Notes: a model not told the origin generated them from the letters alone. A stretch of 64,000 nt of DNA from Batkoa obscura (GCA_030770535.1 JASVEC010000028.1:248001-312000); one strand, 5' to 3'; positions 49,477 through 63,113 are shown, numbered from the stretch's first letter. Made by a program: numbers and translations.

Positions 49477-51457
49477 TTATTTAAGTAAATATGGATAAGC
49501 TACAAATAAATGATTTAAAGTAGTTAAACGTTGATTGCTTGATAAACTAAAAGTTTCTAAATCACTCAAAAATAATAAGAACTCTTCACAATCTTTTTTA
49601 CTCTTGAAACATTGCCCTTTACCAACAAGCTGACGAATGTATTGGAGTTGACATAAAATAGTACCTTGGTTTAAATATCTGTCTGATTCCTTCAATTGAC
49701 CATTGTTTTGTAAGTTTAGTAATCTGAAAATAAAGTTGAAATTCGATTTAAGCTGCTGTTTAATGTTTTTAGTCAGATTGCCACTTCTAGCTAAATACCA
49801 ATTTCTTATAAATCTTAATACAAAGTAAGTTAATAAAACAGGAGGTATAACAGCGATCAATCCAAAAGTAAATTCATTTGATTTCAATAAAGAATCTAAA
49901 GCATTCAAAGCTAAATTAGCATCTACTTTCATTTTCTGAATTTGAATTAATAATGTCTGAATCAAATTTCCAAATAATAGATTATTAATCGGGTATTGTA
50001 ATTCTTTTTCATATTCTTTTAATATAACTGTCAAATCTCCTACTTTAATTTGTTCATTGAGTTTGCTAAGTTCATTACTGCTTATTAAATTATTGTTTAT
50101 TACAAAGGAATTTACCATTCTTTCCAAAGACTATAATAACAATTATTAGTATAAGTATATAAGTTTATTGGTTTAAGTTACCTTTATATCAGACTCTAAA
50201 GAAGCTTCTGAAATAACAGCTAAATTATGATTTTTATATCGGATTGTATGATACATCGAAATCAATGGTTGAATAATCCAATTATTACTAAAAGCAATAA
50301 TAGTATCTTTAAATTCAATCAAATAGTTAATTAGACTTTCTTTGTTTTCCCATATTAACTTCATTCCATTTTTAGCAACAAAATAAGACACTAAAGATGG
50401 TAGTAGTAACTGAGGTCCTAAACCAGGTGGTCCATAATCATCTATAATTGAATCCACCACATTTTTATGATTTTGTAGTAAATTGATTACTAATGCTAAA
50501 TAATTATATACTTCTTTTATAGTTGAAGGGGGATTTACTATGATATTAATTAAGTTTAAATTCGAGTAAAAAAAATAGCTATAATTTACCGTTCTGTTCT
50601 AGTTGAATCAAAGCCTCGACATTAGGCAACTCACTTAAATCCAATTGTAAGAGTTGTAACATTTGGGACAAACTTTTTACAGATTTAAAAATATAACCTG
50701 TAATTTTATTTAAATCCGTATCGCACTCACTAAAGATATCTTGAAGTTCTCCAATAAGACCAAGCGAAGCTGCATTTAATACTTGGTATCTCTTTATTCT
50801 ATCTTTATTAAATTGAATCTCTTTTCTTAATTTTTTGTGGGGTTTTTTAACCAATTGATTGTATGGTGATTGAACAATTTTATTAGCTGAATTATAATAA
50901 TAACCCATATCCAGCTCTTTGTTATAAATTGCACTAAAGTGGGTATAAAACCCGCCAAACGCTCTTCTAGGTAAACTTTCGATTCCATATAATAAAATAC
51001 TACTTGTAGCACTATCCGGGTATCTTTCCCATTTATTTAAAGTTTGATTTAACTTTATAGAATCTTTTAATAACTTTTCTACAAATAAACACTCTACCGC
51101 CGCTACCATCTGAGCTAAAAAATACCATTCTAAAGCATCATTATCTGAAGCCTGGTTTACCTCTATCTCTTTATTCTCCCAAACATCAAAAAGTTTGACT
51201 TTAATAGTATCTAAACTTGGTAACTTAATCCCAGTATTTTCAAGCTTATGCTTCTTTATCCCTTCACTCACGGAGTTCTGTTGTATGATCGTCGGTATTG
51301 GGTTTAATAAGTTAGCTTTTAGAAATAAAGTTGAATCATTGTTTTCTATATTTATTTCTTCCGCACTGCTTTTGGTACTCAGGTCACTAAATTGAGGTAA
51401 GAATGATTGCTCGGTTTTATCTATTAAGTTATTATATCTTTGCTGTGAGTAATTCAT
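49477..51457 (-). CDS. NCA2: Nuclear control of ATPase protein 2 (3 exons)
   Basis: NWIIQPL...TIR, SLESDI, GDLTVILKEYEKELQYPI...LLIQIQKMKVD...DSLLKSNEFTF signature. Confidence 0.87.
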
Positions 51458-52770
51458 CTTGATTTAGGAAGCAAGAGCTGAATACTCTGTAGAATTGAAA
51501 GATTGTCATTAGTTTCTATATAGCCAATCAATTTAAAGTGTAAATTAATTTTATATGAATTAGATAATAGAATTCTATAATGATTTTTACACAATTAAAT
51601 AATAGAAATGTATAGTTTAACAAAATGTATATTAGATTTTATAAATATAAATTTATATTATATATGCCATAAATAATTATTATACAACAACCCAATTAAA
51701 TTTACAATTATTTATTACTATGACTACAAATCAGGTTTACTATTTATAAGTAATTTCCAATACTCTTAAAAACCCATTCAGTTGACTTAAATATAAGTAA
51801 AATAAAACCATTATTTCGGTTAAAAGTCCAGTATGATTATTGAAACTTAGTACTAAAAGATTGAAGAAATGCAAGTATATTGTCGGATAACTAGAACTTA
51901 ATATAGTAAGTTTAAAATTTGATTAAAAGATATTCAATAGTCATTATTTTATCATTTTTTTTCGCTTAAGAGATGAGATAAAGAGATTAAATTTTTTTAG
52001 TTATATTTTCATTATTATAGTAAAGTTAATAATTTTTCTAAATGTCTGTTATTTGAAAAGGGCACAAAGGTGATATAAAGTTAACTCGATAATAACAAAC
52101 GAATGCTACTTATTTTAAACAGCATTATTGTAAATCTTTACTTATAATCCCTGTATTTTAAATTTTCTTTTGGTTTTCTTTATCAAGTATTAATAAAACC
52201 GTTTTCCCGATTGTATTAATGTTATATAATATTATATGTATATTTTGGTCATTTTAATTTTTTAATTTATTCTTCATATCCAGATTATGTATAAAAAAGT
52301 AAGCTACAGGTAAAGCCTTTAAGAAATTTGGATCAAAAATCCAGTTTGTACATAATTTGATGGCCTTGATTACAAATCTTTACAAATAAAAATGGATTTA
52401 ATCTTAGCTTATATGCCAAATAAAATGAGTTATTACTAAACAAAATTAACTCCTAAAGTTGATTACTAAACTAAAGTTAATGAATTTATTAATAATATGC
52501 AATAATTTGATTACTTATAATTTATATCTAAACCATCTTTAACTTATTTAAATTTCAAAGTCTCTAATTATAAATTAAACTATTTTCATTTTATATAACT
52601 AAGTATAGCTTATAGACTCATTATTAATTTTATACCTTTATAATACGATATTAGAAATACCAATAATAAAAATCATATTTAAGCAGCCTTGATTGATCTT
52701 GCTAAACATTAAGTTAAATTCGATTTCAGAATAATACAAAGGCCATATTATAACATCCTATTTTAATCCT

Positions 52771-53184
52771 ATGACTACTCACGACTTAATTAAAATAAAC
52801 GTAGACATGAGCATGAACATTACTCAAAACGAGTCCAATGTTCACTTGTCAGCCACGAAATCAGAACCCAAAGAAAAAACAAAGAAAAACCCTTGTATAC
52901 GAGGATGCAAAGAAAGATGTTTGAGAATATGCAAGTTAGTTGACGAAAACGGGCAACAGATCAAACTGAGGCCACCAAAGAGGCTACAAGTGAATCGAGT
53001 CAATAAAGCAACTAAGAGGAAAGAGGAAGAGGATACTTTGAACGAATTAAACTATATCATCAAGTTACAAACTAAGTTACGGAAACTTGACGAAGATCAA
53101 AAAAATTGTCAACTTGAAAATCAACGCTTAAAAGAAAAGGTGAAGTCTTTAAGCAAAATCTTAAGTTTTATTAATCAACCTTGA
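52771..53184 (+). CDS. Small bZIP-like coiled-coil protein with CX3CX3CX3C motif
   Basis: 137-aa ORF; basic KRLQVNRVNKATKRK followed by heptad leucines LRKLDED...LENQRLKEKVKSL. Confidence 0.6.
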   Translation: MTTHDLIKINVDMSMNITQNESNVHLSATKSEPKEKTKKNPCIRGCKERCLRICKLVDENGQQIKLRPPKRLQVNRVNKATKRKEEEDTLNELNYIIKLQTKLRKLDEDQKNCQLENQRLKEKVKSLSKILSFINQP

Positions 53185-54397
53185 ATCTCTCCCTCTCGAT
53201 CGTTCTTCTTACTTAATCTTTTAGCTACTAACTCTCCATTTAATACCTACCACCCCTTTTTAAAATAAATTTTTGATAGTGTTATATGTTCTTGAGGTTT
53301 ATTTGCTGCATCATTTTGTTATGAGTTTTATCTATTAAGTGAGTATTTAATTGGTATATTAAAACCGATAAATATTTTTTGGTAATTTGAAATATTATTT
53401 AAAATTTTTTAAAGTAAAGAGTGATTGGCCTATAAAAGACTAAATTCTAAATTCTAATAGATGGAGGGTTTAACAAGTTGAAAGTTATACGATGATTTAA
53501 TTCCTATTATTTTATAATTTAGAATATTTTCAATGTAGTTTCTTTATTAAAAACTCTACTATTAAAGGGCTTTAAGATAACTTTTAATAGTAACTTTGTA
53601 GAACAATTAAAAAATATCAATAGCCTTGAAATATGAATTTTTTTGACTTATCAAACGTTCTGAAGCAATAGTAATAGTTAGAAGACCTTTATTAAATAGT
53701 CTAGATTTATGTAATTATTTTTTGATTCCATAAAACATTTATTTATAAAAACCCAAGGCTACTGTTTACAAAAATAAAAGGTTATTGATATTTGAGTTAC
53801 ACCTGTTACAACTTCTTTGAGACTTCTTAGTGATAATTTTTAGAAGTAAGTTATTTATATAGCCAGCTTTTTTATTGCTTAGTCCTTATTTTTAGCCATA
53901 TTTTGGCAGAAATTTTTTTTCTTAAATGAGCAGTTGACTGGATTGAAAAAGAGCTGGAACAGCTGTATGTCCTTTAATTGAGACTTGAAAAGCATTAGTT
54001 TTAAGTCCTTTGTGAAAAAACTATAACTAAAATAAAACACTTTTTATTCAAGGAATTCTGGTCTAAATTTTTCATTTTTAGCTACTTAAAAAGTGAACAA
54101 AAAACTAAAATCAAGAAAGACATCCTTCTTTGATATTATAATCATAATGTTAGTAGAAGAAAGAGGTAAAAATGAAAGTAAGGAATCAAATTATAATTAA
54201 AGAGTTAGGTTTATGTTAGCTAATTTTTTGATTAAATTAAGGTACTATTGAAATAACCAGGCAGTAAAAAATAAACAATTCTTTCATTTGAATAAATGAT
54301 TACTTTTCGCAGTAAAATTTTGCTGCGATTGATTGGGCAATGTAATACAAAAATAAAAAAACAAAGATGCAACTTTATTAAACATTTTTAATACAAA

Positions 54398-55696
54398 ATG
54401 GGAATATTAGAAAAAATATCAGATATTGAAAGGGAAATTGCGAGGACGCAAAAGAACAAAGGTACATAAATTGATTTTATTTTGAAAACAAATATACTCA
54501 TAGTTCCGTTTTTTTAATATTAGCTACCGAACACCATCTTGGTCTTTTAAAAGCTAAGTTAGCAAAATATAGAGTTCAGTTATTGGAGCCAAAGGGCACA
54601 GCCGTTAAAGTAACTAAAACTAACGCAAACATAACCATAAAACTAACATATAACTAAAGGGTGAAGGTTTTGATGTAATGAAGAGTGGTGATGCTCGAGT
54701 CGTAATGATTGGTTTTCCTTCTGTAGGAAAATCGACTTTATTAAGTAAAATCACAAAAACGGAATCTGAAACTGGGGCTTATGAGTTTACCACTCTGACT
54801 TGTATTCCTGGAAAAATTGAGTATATGGGGGCTTCTATCCAATTGTTAGATTTACCTGGTATCATCGAAGGTGCTTCTCAAGGTAAAGGTAGAGGTAGAC
54901 AAGTCGTTGCTGTGGCTCGTACAGCTGACTTGGTTTTAATGATGCTTGATGCTACTAAATCTGAAGTTCAAAAGTAATTTAAATTATTTACTTATTTTAA
55001 TACCTAATTTATATTTCAATAGGGAATTATTAGAAAGGGAATTGGAAGCAGTAGGTTTAAGATTAAATAAAAAGCCACCAAACGTATATTTTAAAGTCAA
55101 AAAAGGAGGGGGCATTTCATTCAATTCTACTGTAAAGTTGACACATTTAAATGAAAGATTGGCTTATCAAATATTACATGACTATAAAATATTTAATGCT
55201 GAGCTATTGATAAGAGAGGACTGTACCGTTGATGAATTGATTGATGTCATCCTTGGTAATCGTAAATATGTACGTTGTCTTTATGTTTATAATAAGATCG
55301 ATGCTATCACAATGGAAGAGTTAGATCGTATTGCTCGTCAACCTAGCACTGAAGTCATCTCTTGTTATCAAGACTTAAATTTGGATGGGCTTATTAAATC
55401 GATTTGGAAATATCTTGGGTTATTAATGATCTATACAAAAAGAAGAGGAGGTAATAATTTTTTTATCAGCTTAGAATTCTTTTATTTATTATATAGAACA
55501 ACCTGAATTTGCGGAAGGTTTGATTGTAAGAACTCAATCTTCAATTGAACATGTGTGTCATGCTATCCATCGCTCTCTTTTAACTGATTTTAAGTACGCT
55601 TTAGTATGGGGTACATCAACCAAGCATAATCCACAAAGGGTTGGCTTAACTCACGTAGTAAATAATGAAGATGTAGTACAAATCGTTAAAAAATAA
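54398..55696 (+). CDS. RBG2: Developmentally regulated GTPase DRG2/Rbg2 (5 exons)
   Basis: MGILEKI...[50 protein letters not shown] domain ending EDVVQIVKK. Confidence 0.93.
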
Positions 55697-55808
55697 AAAG
55701 TATTAATTTAAACCATTTTATTTATTAAATTAAATTTAAAATTATTTATTATATAAAATATGGACTATATGTAATATTTACTCTACGATACTAACCCTTC
55801 AATGCTTA

Positions 55809-57437
55809 TCATTTTTTACATTTTTCTAAATCATAATCAGGTTTTTTATACCCCGCTAATTCCCATGTGGTCCAATTCTTATTATAATAGGCATTAGGAT
55901 GTCTATCAATATAATCCGTTGTGGGGTAATTTGGAGGATCACAAGTGATAGATATACGGTCTGGATGTTGGTAAATTCTTACATAGTCAATCAAAAAGTG
56001 ACCAGGAAATTTAAGGTCAGCAGAAATTTTTGAAAAGTCTTCCGATAAAGCTAAATTTAGAATTAGATACATTGGTTCTTCCGGTATCAATCTTTTATCG
56101 ACTTTAGAATCCTTGTTGGCTGCAATGGCACTTGCTTTGATAGTCCATGTAGGTTTATTATCAATAAACCAGGTGATATAACCATCATCTCCAGGCTCAT
56201 ATTCGACTGAGAAAGTAATGAAATCAGTACCAGAATAAATATTTGATGGTAAGCTAGATAATGCAGAGGCAGCTTGTTGCAAAGGTCCACCCTTATAAGT
56301 ATTTAGTAAGGTTTTAAAATCCGAGAAGAATTGAGTTCCATCTGGGTTAACAGTACGCTCTTTATCAAATGGAGCTAACTGAAACGACTGTGAGACTTCC
56401 CCTCCTTTAGAATGGGATGATAAAGCTTCAATAATATCTATCTCTGGTGCCCCTCTACCCGTACCTGGAGAAGGATGATCCTCACCATCACATACACATT
56501 TATTCAATTTCTGTCCTACTAAGCCAGATAAAACTTTATCTCCTTGATTTGGTTTAACTCCTTGATCACAAGTGTCATAAGAATAGGGCCACAGTCCGTC
56601 AGTAGTTGATTTATATCCACTAATAATAATTTAGAATACACCAAATTTTAATATACTAAACTTACGCCCTTCCAAGGTTACCTAACATCCAAGCACCTGG
56701 CCAAAAACCAGAAACATGTGGGTCACCAGGTAAAGATACAGACACTACAATTCAATATTAGCTGTTACCCATTTGATATAAATAAATTATTACTCTCAAT
56801 TCTTCCACCTTTAAAGCAAAGTTTATTCCATGATTGTAACATAGCAGAAGAATATTTTAAGTCACCAACTGGCTTATCTTCAGCTGTTATGACTAAATAG
56901 CCTTGATCAGTAGATGCGTAGTCAGGTTTATAGTATTCAGCATCTTGGGTACCTTCATACCAAAGGTCAACTGCTTCCCTATTTAAATATATAAATATAT
57001 AATATAATAATATCAAGTTTCGTGTATTACCAAACTGGGTCATCACCTGGAAAAAATGTCCTTCCTTCTTGATTAAATTCATCAGAGAATGCTAATTTCC
57101 ATTCTTCATTAGTAGATGAAGTTATCGTTTTTTTATCGTCTGGTGTGTCTGGATCAATCAATACCAGCTTTTTCTTAACTGGTACCGGTCCTTTAGTAGC
57201 GTCAATCATAACGTCCTCCCTCGTCTTTGGTTTACCCTTTGATGGTGCATCCCTATTATCTGCTACCACTTTATTGATATGTTGGACTACAGGTATAACA
57301 ATCATTAGAGATATTATACCAAGGAATATGAAAGCAAATATAAATCCAGTACAGAAGCATTGCTTTGAAAACCGACTAAGTTTCTTACGAGGCTTCTTTC
57401 CGGCCTCAGCATGGTCTTCTACATTCATATATGACAT
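55809..57437 (-). CDS. KRE6: KRE6/SKN1 family GH16 beta-glucan synthesis-associated type II membrane protein (4 exons)
   Basis: TM anchor, IDPDTP, FSDEFN...F.PGDDP, SAMLQSWNKLCF, GFWPGAW, GRGAPEIDIIE, DYVRIYQ. Confidence 0.92.
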
Positions 57438-58946
57438 CTTTTATAACTTTAAAAAAACAAAAAAATAATGAATGAACAAAGGAATAAAAAACAATATAAA
57501 AACAAATTGATTGTATCTAAATTAAATTTTGTATTGAATTAATTAAATGTCCAATTCAAGAACTTTTCATTACACCTTTTAACATGATTCAGCGGGGACA
57601 GCGGCCAATTAAGTTAAGAATATATCTTGGCACTTAAACTGATTTGATTTCGAAAGTTACCCGCTACTGAACAGTTACCTCTTTTGTCTTTTCCTAATTG
57701 TGGCTTGAATTAATAGTATCTTTATTCATTTTACCCCATTTAACTGCTTAATTTTTATTTAAAGGATGTGAGAGTAAACTATCAAATATTATTGGTCAGC
57801 TTTGTAACTTAATAACTAGAGTTTATTAGGTTTTGTTTGTTTAACGAATAATACCAAGGCTATGATATAAAATAATGAATTCATTGGACCGCTGTTATCT
57901 ATAAGTTGAATCGACTTCTTTCATTAAATGTTGAAATCTCCTGTTTGCTTCTAAAAAGCCTTAATCGATCATATTCCGATGGCAACACGTTAAAATAATT
58001 CCTTTTATCACTTTACCTTATCATTGGAACGGATTCTATTATAAGTTTGATTGGTTTACTGATCATAAAGTATCTGCAGAGGTTTTAATTTATTATTTTT
58101 GGTAATAATCTATTTATTGGAGTAACTCCAACTTATTAGATAACTATTTTTAATTTATTGCAAAATTTATACAATAATTATACAATTATTGATCAATATA
58201 TTATAATAAAATAATCCCTTTTTACTTTACTGCTTAAAGATAGCTAATTGAAGTTAGCTGATTATTTTAATATTTTTAAACTGCTATTTAAGTGTTCTCG
58301 TTTCACAGTTGATTTATTATGCTAAATTACAAAAATTCTAACTTCACTATCCCTTTATTTTTGAGGTTAAATAATCGAAAAATTACAGGGATTTAGCTCG
58401 TGATTCATTCATTGCACTTTTTGCACTTTGCCCAAAAAGTTGTTAAGTTTATTTATTTAGAAAGAATAACTTGTTATTAAAAATCCTCTAAGCTTAACTT
58501 TATTAAAAAATCCAAAATTACAGAATAATTTGTTATACTTATAAATAAATTTCAAATATTATAAATAATTTTACTTTATTTTTTATTTTATTAATAGGAT
58601 TATAAAGAACTTTATATTTTTATTTTTCTGCTTTGTCAGCACTTATTTTACTTTTATTTTTTTTCAACTATCTACTAGCTTCAAAAATAAACTGTGTGAA
58701 CATTTAATTTTAATGATTAACTAATTTGAGGTAAAGATAATTTCTGAGCAAGCATGTATCTTTTCGTAATTCTCATTTTTGTTTCAATGTTCCATAAAAA
58801 TTTGTTTTAAATTTGCTCTGAGTAATTCTCAATTTCATTTTGATAAAAAACGCTTAAATTTGATAATAGCAATTTTGAGGATATAAATAGGGTTGATTAA
58901 ATTTATTTCGTTGTATAATTTTAGGAGGACTAATTAAACTTCATTT

Positions 58947-59045
58947 GAGGATGTTTTTTTTGGTTTCATTATTTTTTCTATCTTTTAAGCGCTATTTAAG
59001 TGGAAAAGTTGTTAGTAAAATTCTTAAATACAAAAATACATCCCC
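58947..59045 (-). mobile_element. MITE family A copy
   Basis: GAGGATG...CATCCCC with exact 4-bp TSD ATTT. Confidence 0.85.
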
Positions 59046-59474
59046 ATTTATACACCATTTCCAATCCAACTTTCTTGGAGTAGAAACGCTGTATTAACTA
59101 AATTAAGTGAATTATAAATAATGATTTTCTTTAATGTTTATTGATGCTTTTATACTTTTTATAAATTAAAATTAATAGTTTTGAATTTAAAATTTTTTTT
59201 TTTAAAGTAATTTTTTTTTATAATAAACTTTTATAAATAATTATTATTTTATAGTTTTTTTATATTAAAGTATAAATATGAAACTAAGCAAAAATTCTAA
59301 CCCGATAATGTATTATTTTTAATACTAGTTGTTTATTATAGCTATTACTATTTAAAAAAATCCTTTAAAACTTTCTATAAAATTACTGGAATTTTCTTTA
59401 ACTTCAGTTCCTTTATAAAAGGTGGTAAGGATACTACTAAACTGCGCTGTCAAAGCTTTTTTACTGCAAAATAT

Positions 59475-59573
59475 GGGGATATATTTTTGTGTTTAAGAAT
59501 TTTACTAACAGTTTTTCCATTCAAATGGTGCTTAAAAGATGAAAAAAGTGATGATGCCAAAAAAAACACTCCC
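59475..59573 (+). mobile_element. MITE family A copy
   Basis: GGGGATA...CACTCCC, ATAT TSD. Confidence 0.85.
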
Positions 59574-61273
59574 ATATAATGCTTTTCTAGTAAAAATAAT
59601 CTACTGCTATGATATATAACTCTTTATACTTTAAATAAAAAGCCACAGTTATTTATCTAAAAACTTAATAGAATTAAAAAGCGTAAATATTCTCTTTTTT
59701 TTTGAAATATTACTTTACGATTAAAAAAACGAAAACGATGACTTTGAAGCTTTTAATGATTTATACAAATTGCTACAAATAATATTATAAAAAGCCTTTT
59801 TTAATTCAATAATAACTGACAATTTTATTTTACGTTGCATTAAAAATGAGTAGAAAGTAAAACAAAATGACGCTTCCCTTTTAAGCTTTTGAGCATTTTT
59901 TCAAAAAAATTCACATTAGTTTAAATTACCATAGTTTTATAAAATTCTTAAAACTAAAAGCCCAGACCTTTTATTGGTTAAAACAAAAAATTGCTAAAAA
60001 AGAAATAAGTGTTTTTAAAAAAAACAGTTCAAGGGGATTTCAACAAGGTTAAGAAGCATTTTGAAAAATAACTCACCCATAGCTCTTTTGAATATCTCAA
60101 ACCTTAAAAGCCTCCAGGAAAACTATGAGGACTTTTGCCCAAACTGATTGTCAACTTATAAACTTACTGCTATCTGAAAAAATTCAATCAATTTTGATTG
60201 TTCTATTTATCTATATAGAAAAAACACCTGATTTAATTAAAAGTGAGATTTTAAAAATATAAAATTGGTATTGTTGACATTAAAATGTTTGTATTGATCC
60301 AAGGTGCATTAATTTTTGTGTTTATAAATTTTATTAGTTTTAATTGGCATATCATATCATGAAATGTAGATATAATAATTCTAATAATAACTTGTAATAA
60401 AATATTTAATTGAGAATTTCTTAAATCGGTTAAGGGTAAAGAGGGTAATAAATGTGAGTAAATTACAATAGAACCAAAAAACAGCAAATAGTAATAACAG
60501 AATTTGCAGAAAAAAATAATTATTTAGCCTACTTTAATTTCGGCTAATAATATGATTGGTTGTGACTTGTGTATTGATGAAGATGGTGACTTTTACAATC
60601 AAATTCAAATATCTTTTCATACACTCTCAACTAATCATCTTTATAATCATGAGTGCATGATAAACCAATAAACTGCTAATAGCTTTACGATTTATTATAT
60701 TACCGTTAATTTTAATCCAAAAACTTATTACTTAACTACCATTAATTAATTAAAATGGACAATTTATTATAAAAATAAAATATTAATAAAGTCACTCATC
60801 ACTGTTATACTATTATAATTACTAGTATTTACTTATATATTTTATATTACTATGTATAATGATACTATTTTTATTAATAAATTAATATTATTAATATTAG
60901 TATTAACTTATTTGACTTTGCTATTCTCATATGGACTATAATAAAAGCTATTATCCATTTGCCCAAACCAATGATTTAAGTTAAAATCCAAAAATAACAA
61001 CTGATTAATAAATTCAGCTAATCAATGTCTACTATTTCCCTAATTTTATCCAATAAAAGTCGACGACAATACCCTCCTCTAAGCCATTTTGAAACCAAAA
61101 TATCGCTCACTAAAGAATCACAATTTATTCAAGATTAGAAAAATGAAAAAAGCAAAATTTATAAATTTATAAATTATAGTTTCTCATTCCATTTCATCTT
61201 TCAACTTATTTAAACTGATTTTATCGTACCTGTCCAGTCAACAACTAAACTTGAACCTGAACTATCATTACAA

Positions 61274-61756
61274 ATGTCGACCTCTGTAAGTAACCCTACC
61301 TCAAGAACTACCAACCTTGAACCTATAACTAGTAACGCTTTTGATTTAAGTATCAACAAACTCAAGGCGTCCAGCTCCAAAGATTTGTGTAAGAAAGTCT
61401 TGGTTATTAATTCAATGGATAATATGATGGATCAAACGGTAATGAGTCGAGCACAGCTAATGACGAGTAAATTTCGCTCAAAAAGAGAGTGGCGCAAGTA
61501 CTTATTTGACGAGTTTGTAAACCAAGAAGAAGTTGAAAAGTTTCAACTAAATACTTGCTTCAAGGTTATAAACAAGCCCGCTTATACAATTGATTCTTTA
61601 TCCTTACTCTTTGATTGCTTACAAATTACCCATAAAAGAAATGGTAATACTAATAAAGTAAATACTTCCCCATCTCGCTCAGTTAAGAATAGAACTATTG
61701 GTAAAGACCGTCGTCCAAAGAGTTTTAAGAATAGTGGTAAGAGAGTTTGCAATTAA
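61274..61756 (+). CDS. Small basic protein with SERTA-like N-terminal motif
   Basis: 160-aa ORF, ACAAATG start; FDLSINKLKASSSKDLCKKVLVINSM. Confidence 0.65.
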   Translation: MSTSVSNPTSRTTNLEPITSNAFDLSINKLKASSSKDLCKKVLVINSMDNMMDQTVMSRAQLMTSKFRSKREWRKYLFDEFVNQEEVEKFQLNTCFKVINKPAYTIDSLSLLFDCLQITHKRNGNTNKVNTSPSRSVKNRTIGKDRRPKSFKNSGKRVCN

Positions 61757-63113
61757 GGGTATGTGAATTGTTATTTATTATAAGTAATAAGGACGTGGTG
61801 CTAAGGTGGTAACTTGGCACCATACTTGTTTTTAATTGTGAAATATCTTATCGTTTTGAAATTTTATTAATAACTTTGACTTGTGTTTTGTAATAACCTT
61901 CTTTCTATTTGTCTCTTCAACTATTAATTAAAAGGTGATTTTATTTATCTATATCCTATTCTATCCATTCGTTTATTGTAAATTGTGTCTTTATAATAAA
62001 TATAATTATTATATCAAAATACATGTATTTTTAACTGTTTATATATTTATCATTTATTATTATTTATTTATTTATTTATTTATCTAGTGTTAAGTAGTTA
62101 AGCTTATGTATTCTATTTTATAATATTTTGTAGAGGGTAGTTAGTATGATAGGTACGTCCTTAATGCCCTATGTTTCAACTATGATAGTATGACTTCAAT
62201 AGTATAGACAAAGACAATAACATGATGGTTGATTAAGGGTATCTAAATCATGTGCTTAGTAAAAAATCAGTCAAAATTTTATTCTTTGGGTAAATTTTTA
62301 TATGATATTTTCCCAAAGGAATAAGAAATAAGATAGTTTGAATTAAAGTAGTACTAAAGAGTAAAATTGAAGTTTGAGTTTCATTTATTAAGCCATTTAA
62401 AATATTTTGTTTTAAGTCTCTTATTGAAATATTAGTATTATAAGTTAACTCACAAATATTATGATGGAAAGGCTTTATTAATAAAATTAATAAAATAAAA
62501 TTTAAATGTAATAATAAAATTAATAAGAATAGTAGCTTTAACTAGAATCAATGATAAATAGAATTTTGAAATAGAATTTTTTTTATGCCTTAATTAAAGA
62601 CAACTCGTTCTTTATAACTTAGTCATCTGATTGGAAGATAAATAAAGTAGGATTTCATTCTTATATTATTAATTCTTTTTATTAATCAATCTATTTTCCT
62701 CTATTTATTAAACGAGCAAAGTTGTACTTTAAATGCGTAACATTTCTGAAGTTTTTTAAATTATATTTTATTATCCCTTTTTAAAGTTGAAATGAGTACT
62801 GTAAATGTAATATTAACTACTATTTAATTTTAAACTGAGAATGATTTAAAGTTAGTAAAATTATTATAATTTAATAAAGCTTTAATGATATAAAATCTTA
62901 ATCCTCTAGTAATTTCAATTTTAGACTGTGAGAATTTTAGAATGACCAAATTCCTATTAGATCATTTTCTATAAAAAAATAAACTGGGAGTAATTTTAGA
63001 TGACTATCAAAACAGTGACAATCATGATTATCAAAAAATAAAAGACAATAAATTTAAACAAATTTTGGTCTACCTTTTTATTTTACGTTATACTGTTATC
63101 TTTACTTTAAACT

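Noticed and set aside
50827..51395. Short ORFs overlapping NCA2
   Set aside because: Alternative-frame or antisense shadows.
41147..57437. CHS, Zn2Cys6 factor and KRE6 as a cell-wall gene cluster
   Set aside because: Separated by unrelated genes and a transposon island; no evidence of co-regulation.
56087..57468. Short ORFs overlapping KRE6
   Set aside because: Alternative-frame or antisense shadows; 56765-57082 is a KRE6 exon extended into introns.
58947..59573. Oppositely oriented MITE pair as ends of one composite transposon
   Set aside because: Each copy has its own distinct TSD (ATTT, ATAT), indicating independent insertions.
60251..60487. 78-aa hydrophobic ORF
   Set aside because: Non-ATG start and AT-driven composition; nearby plus-strand fragments are also broken by stops.
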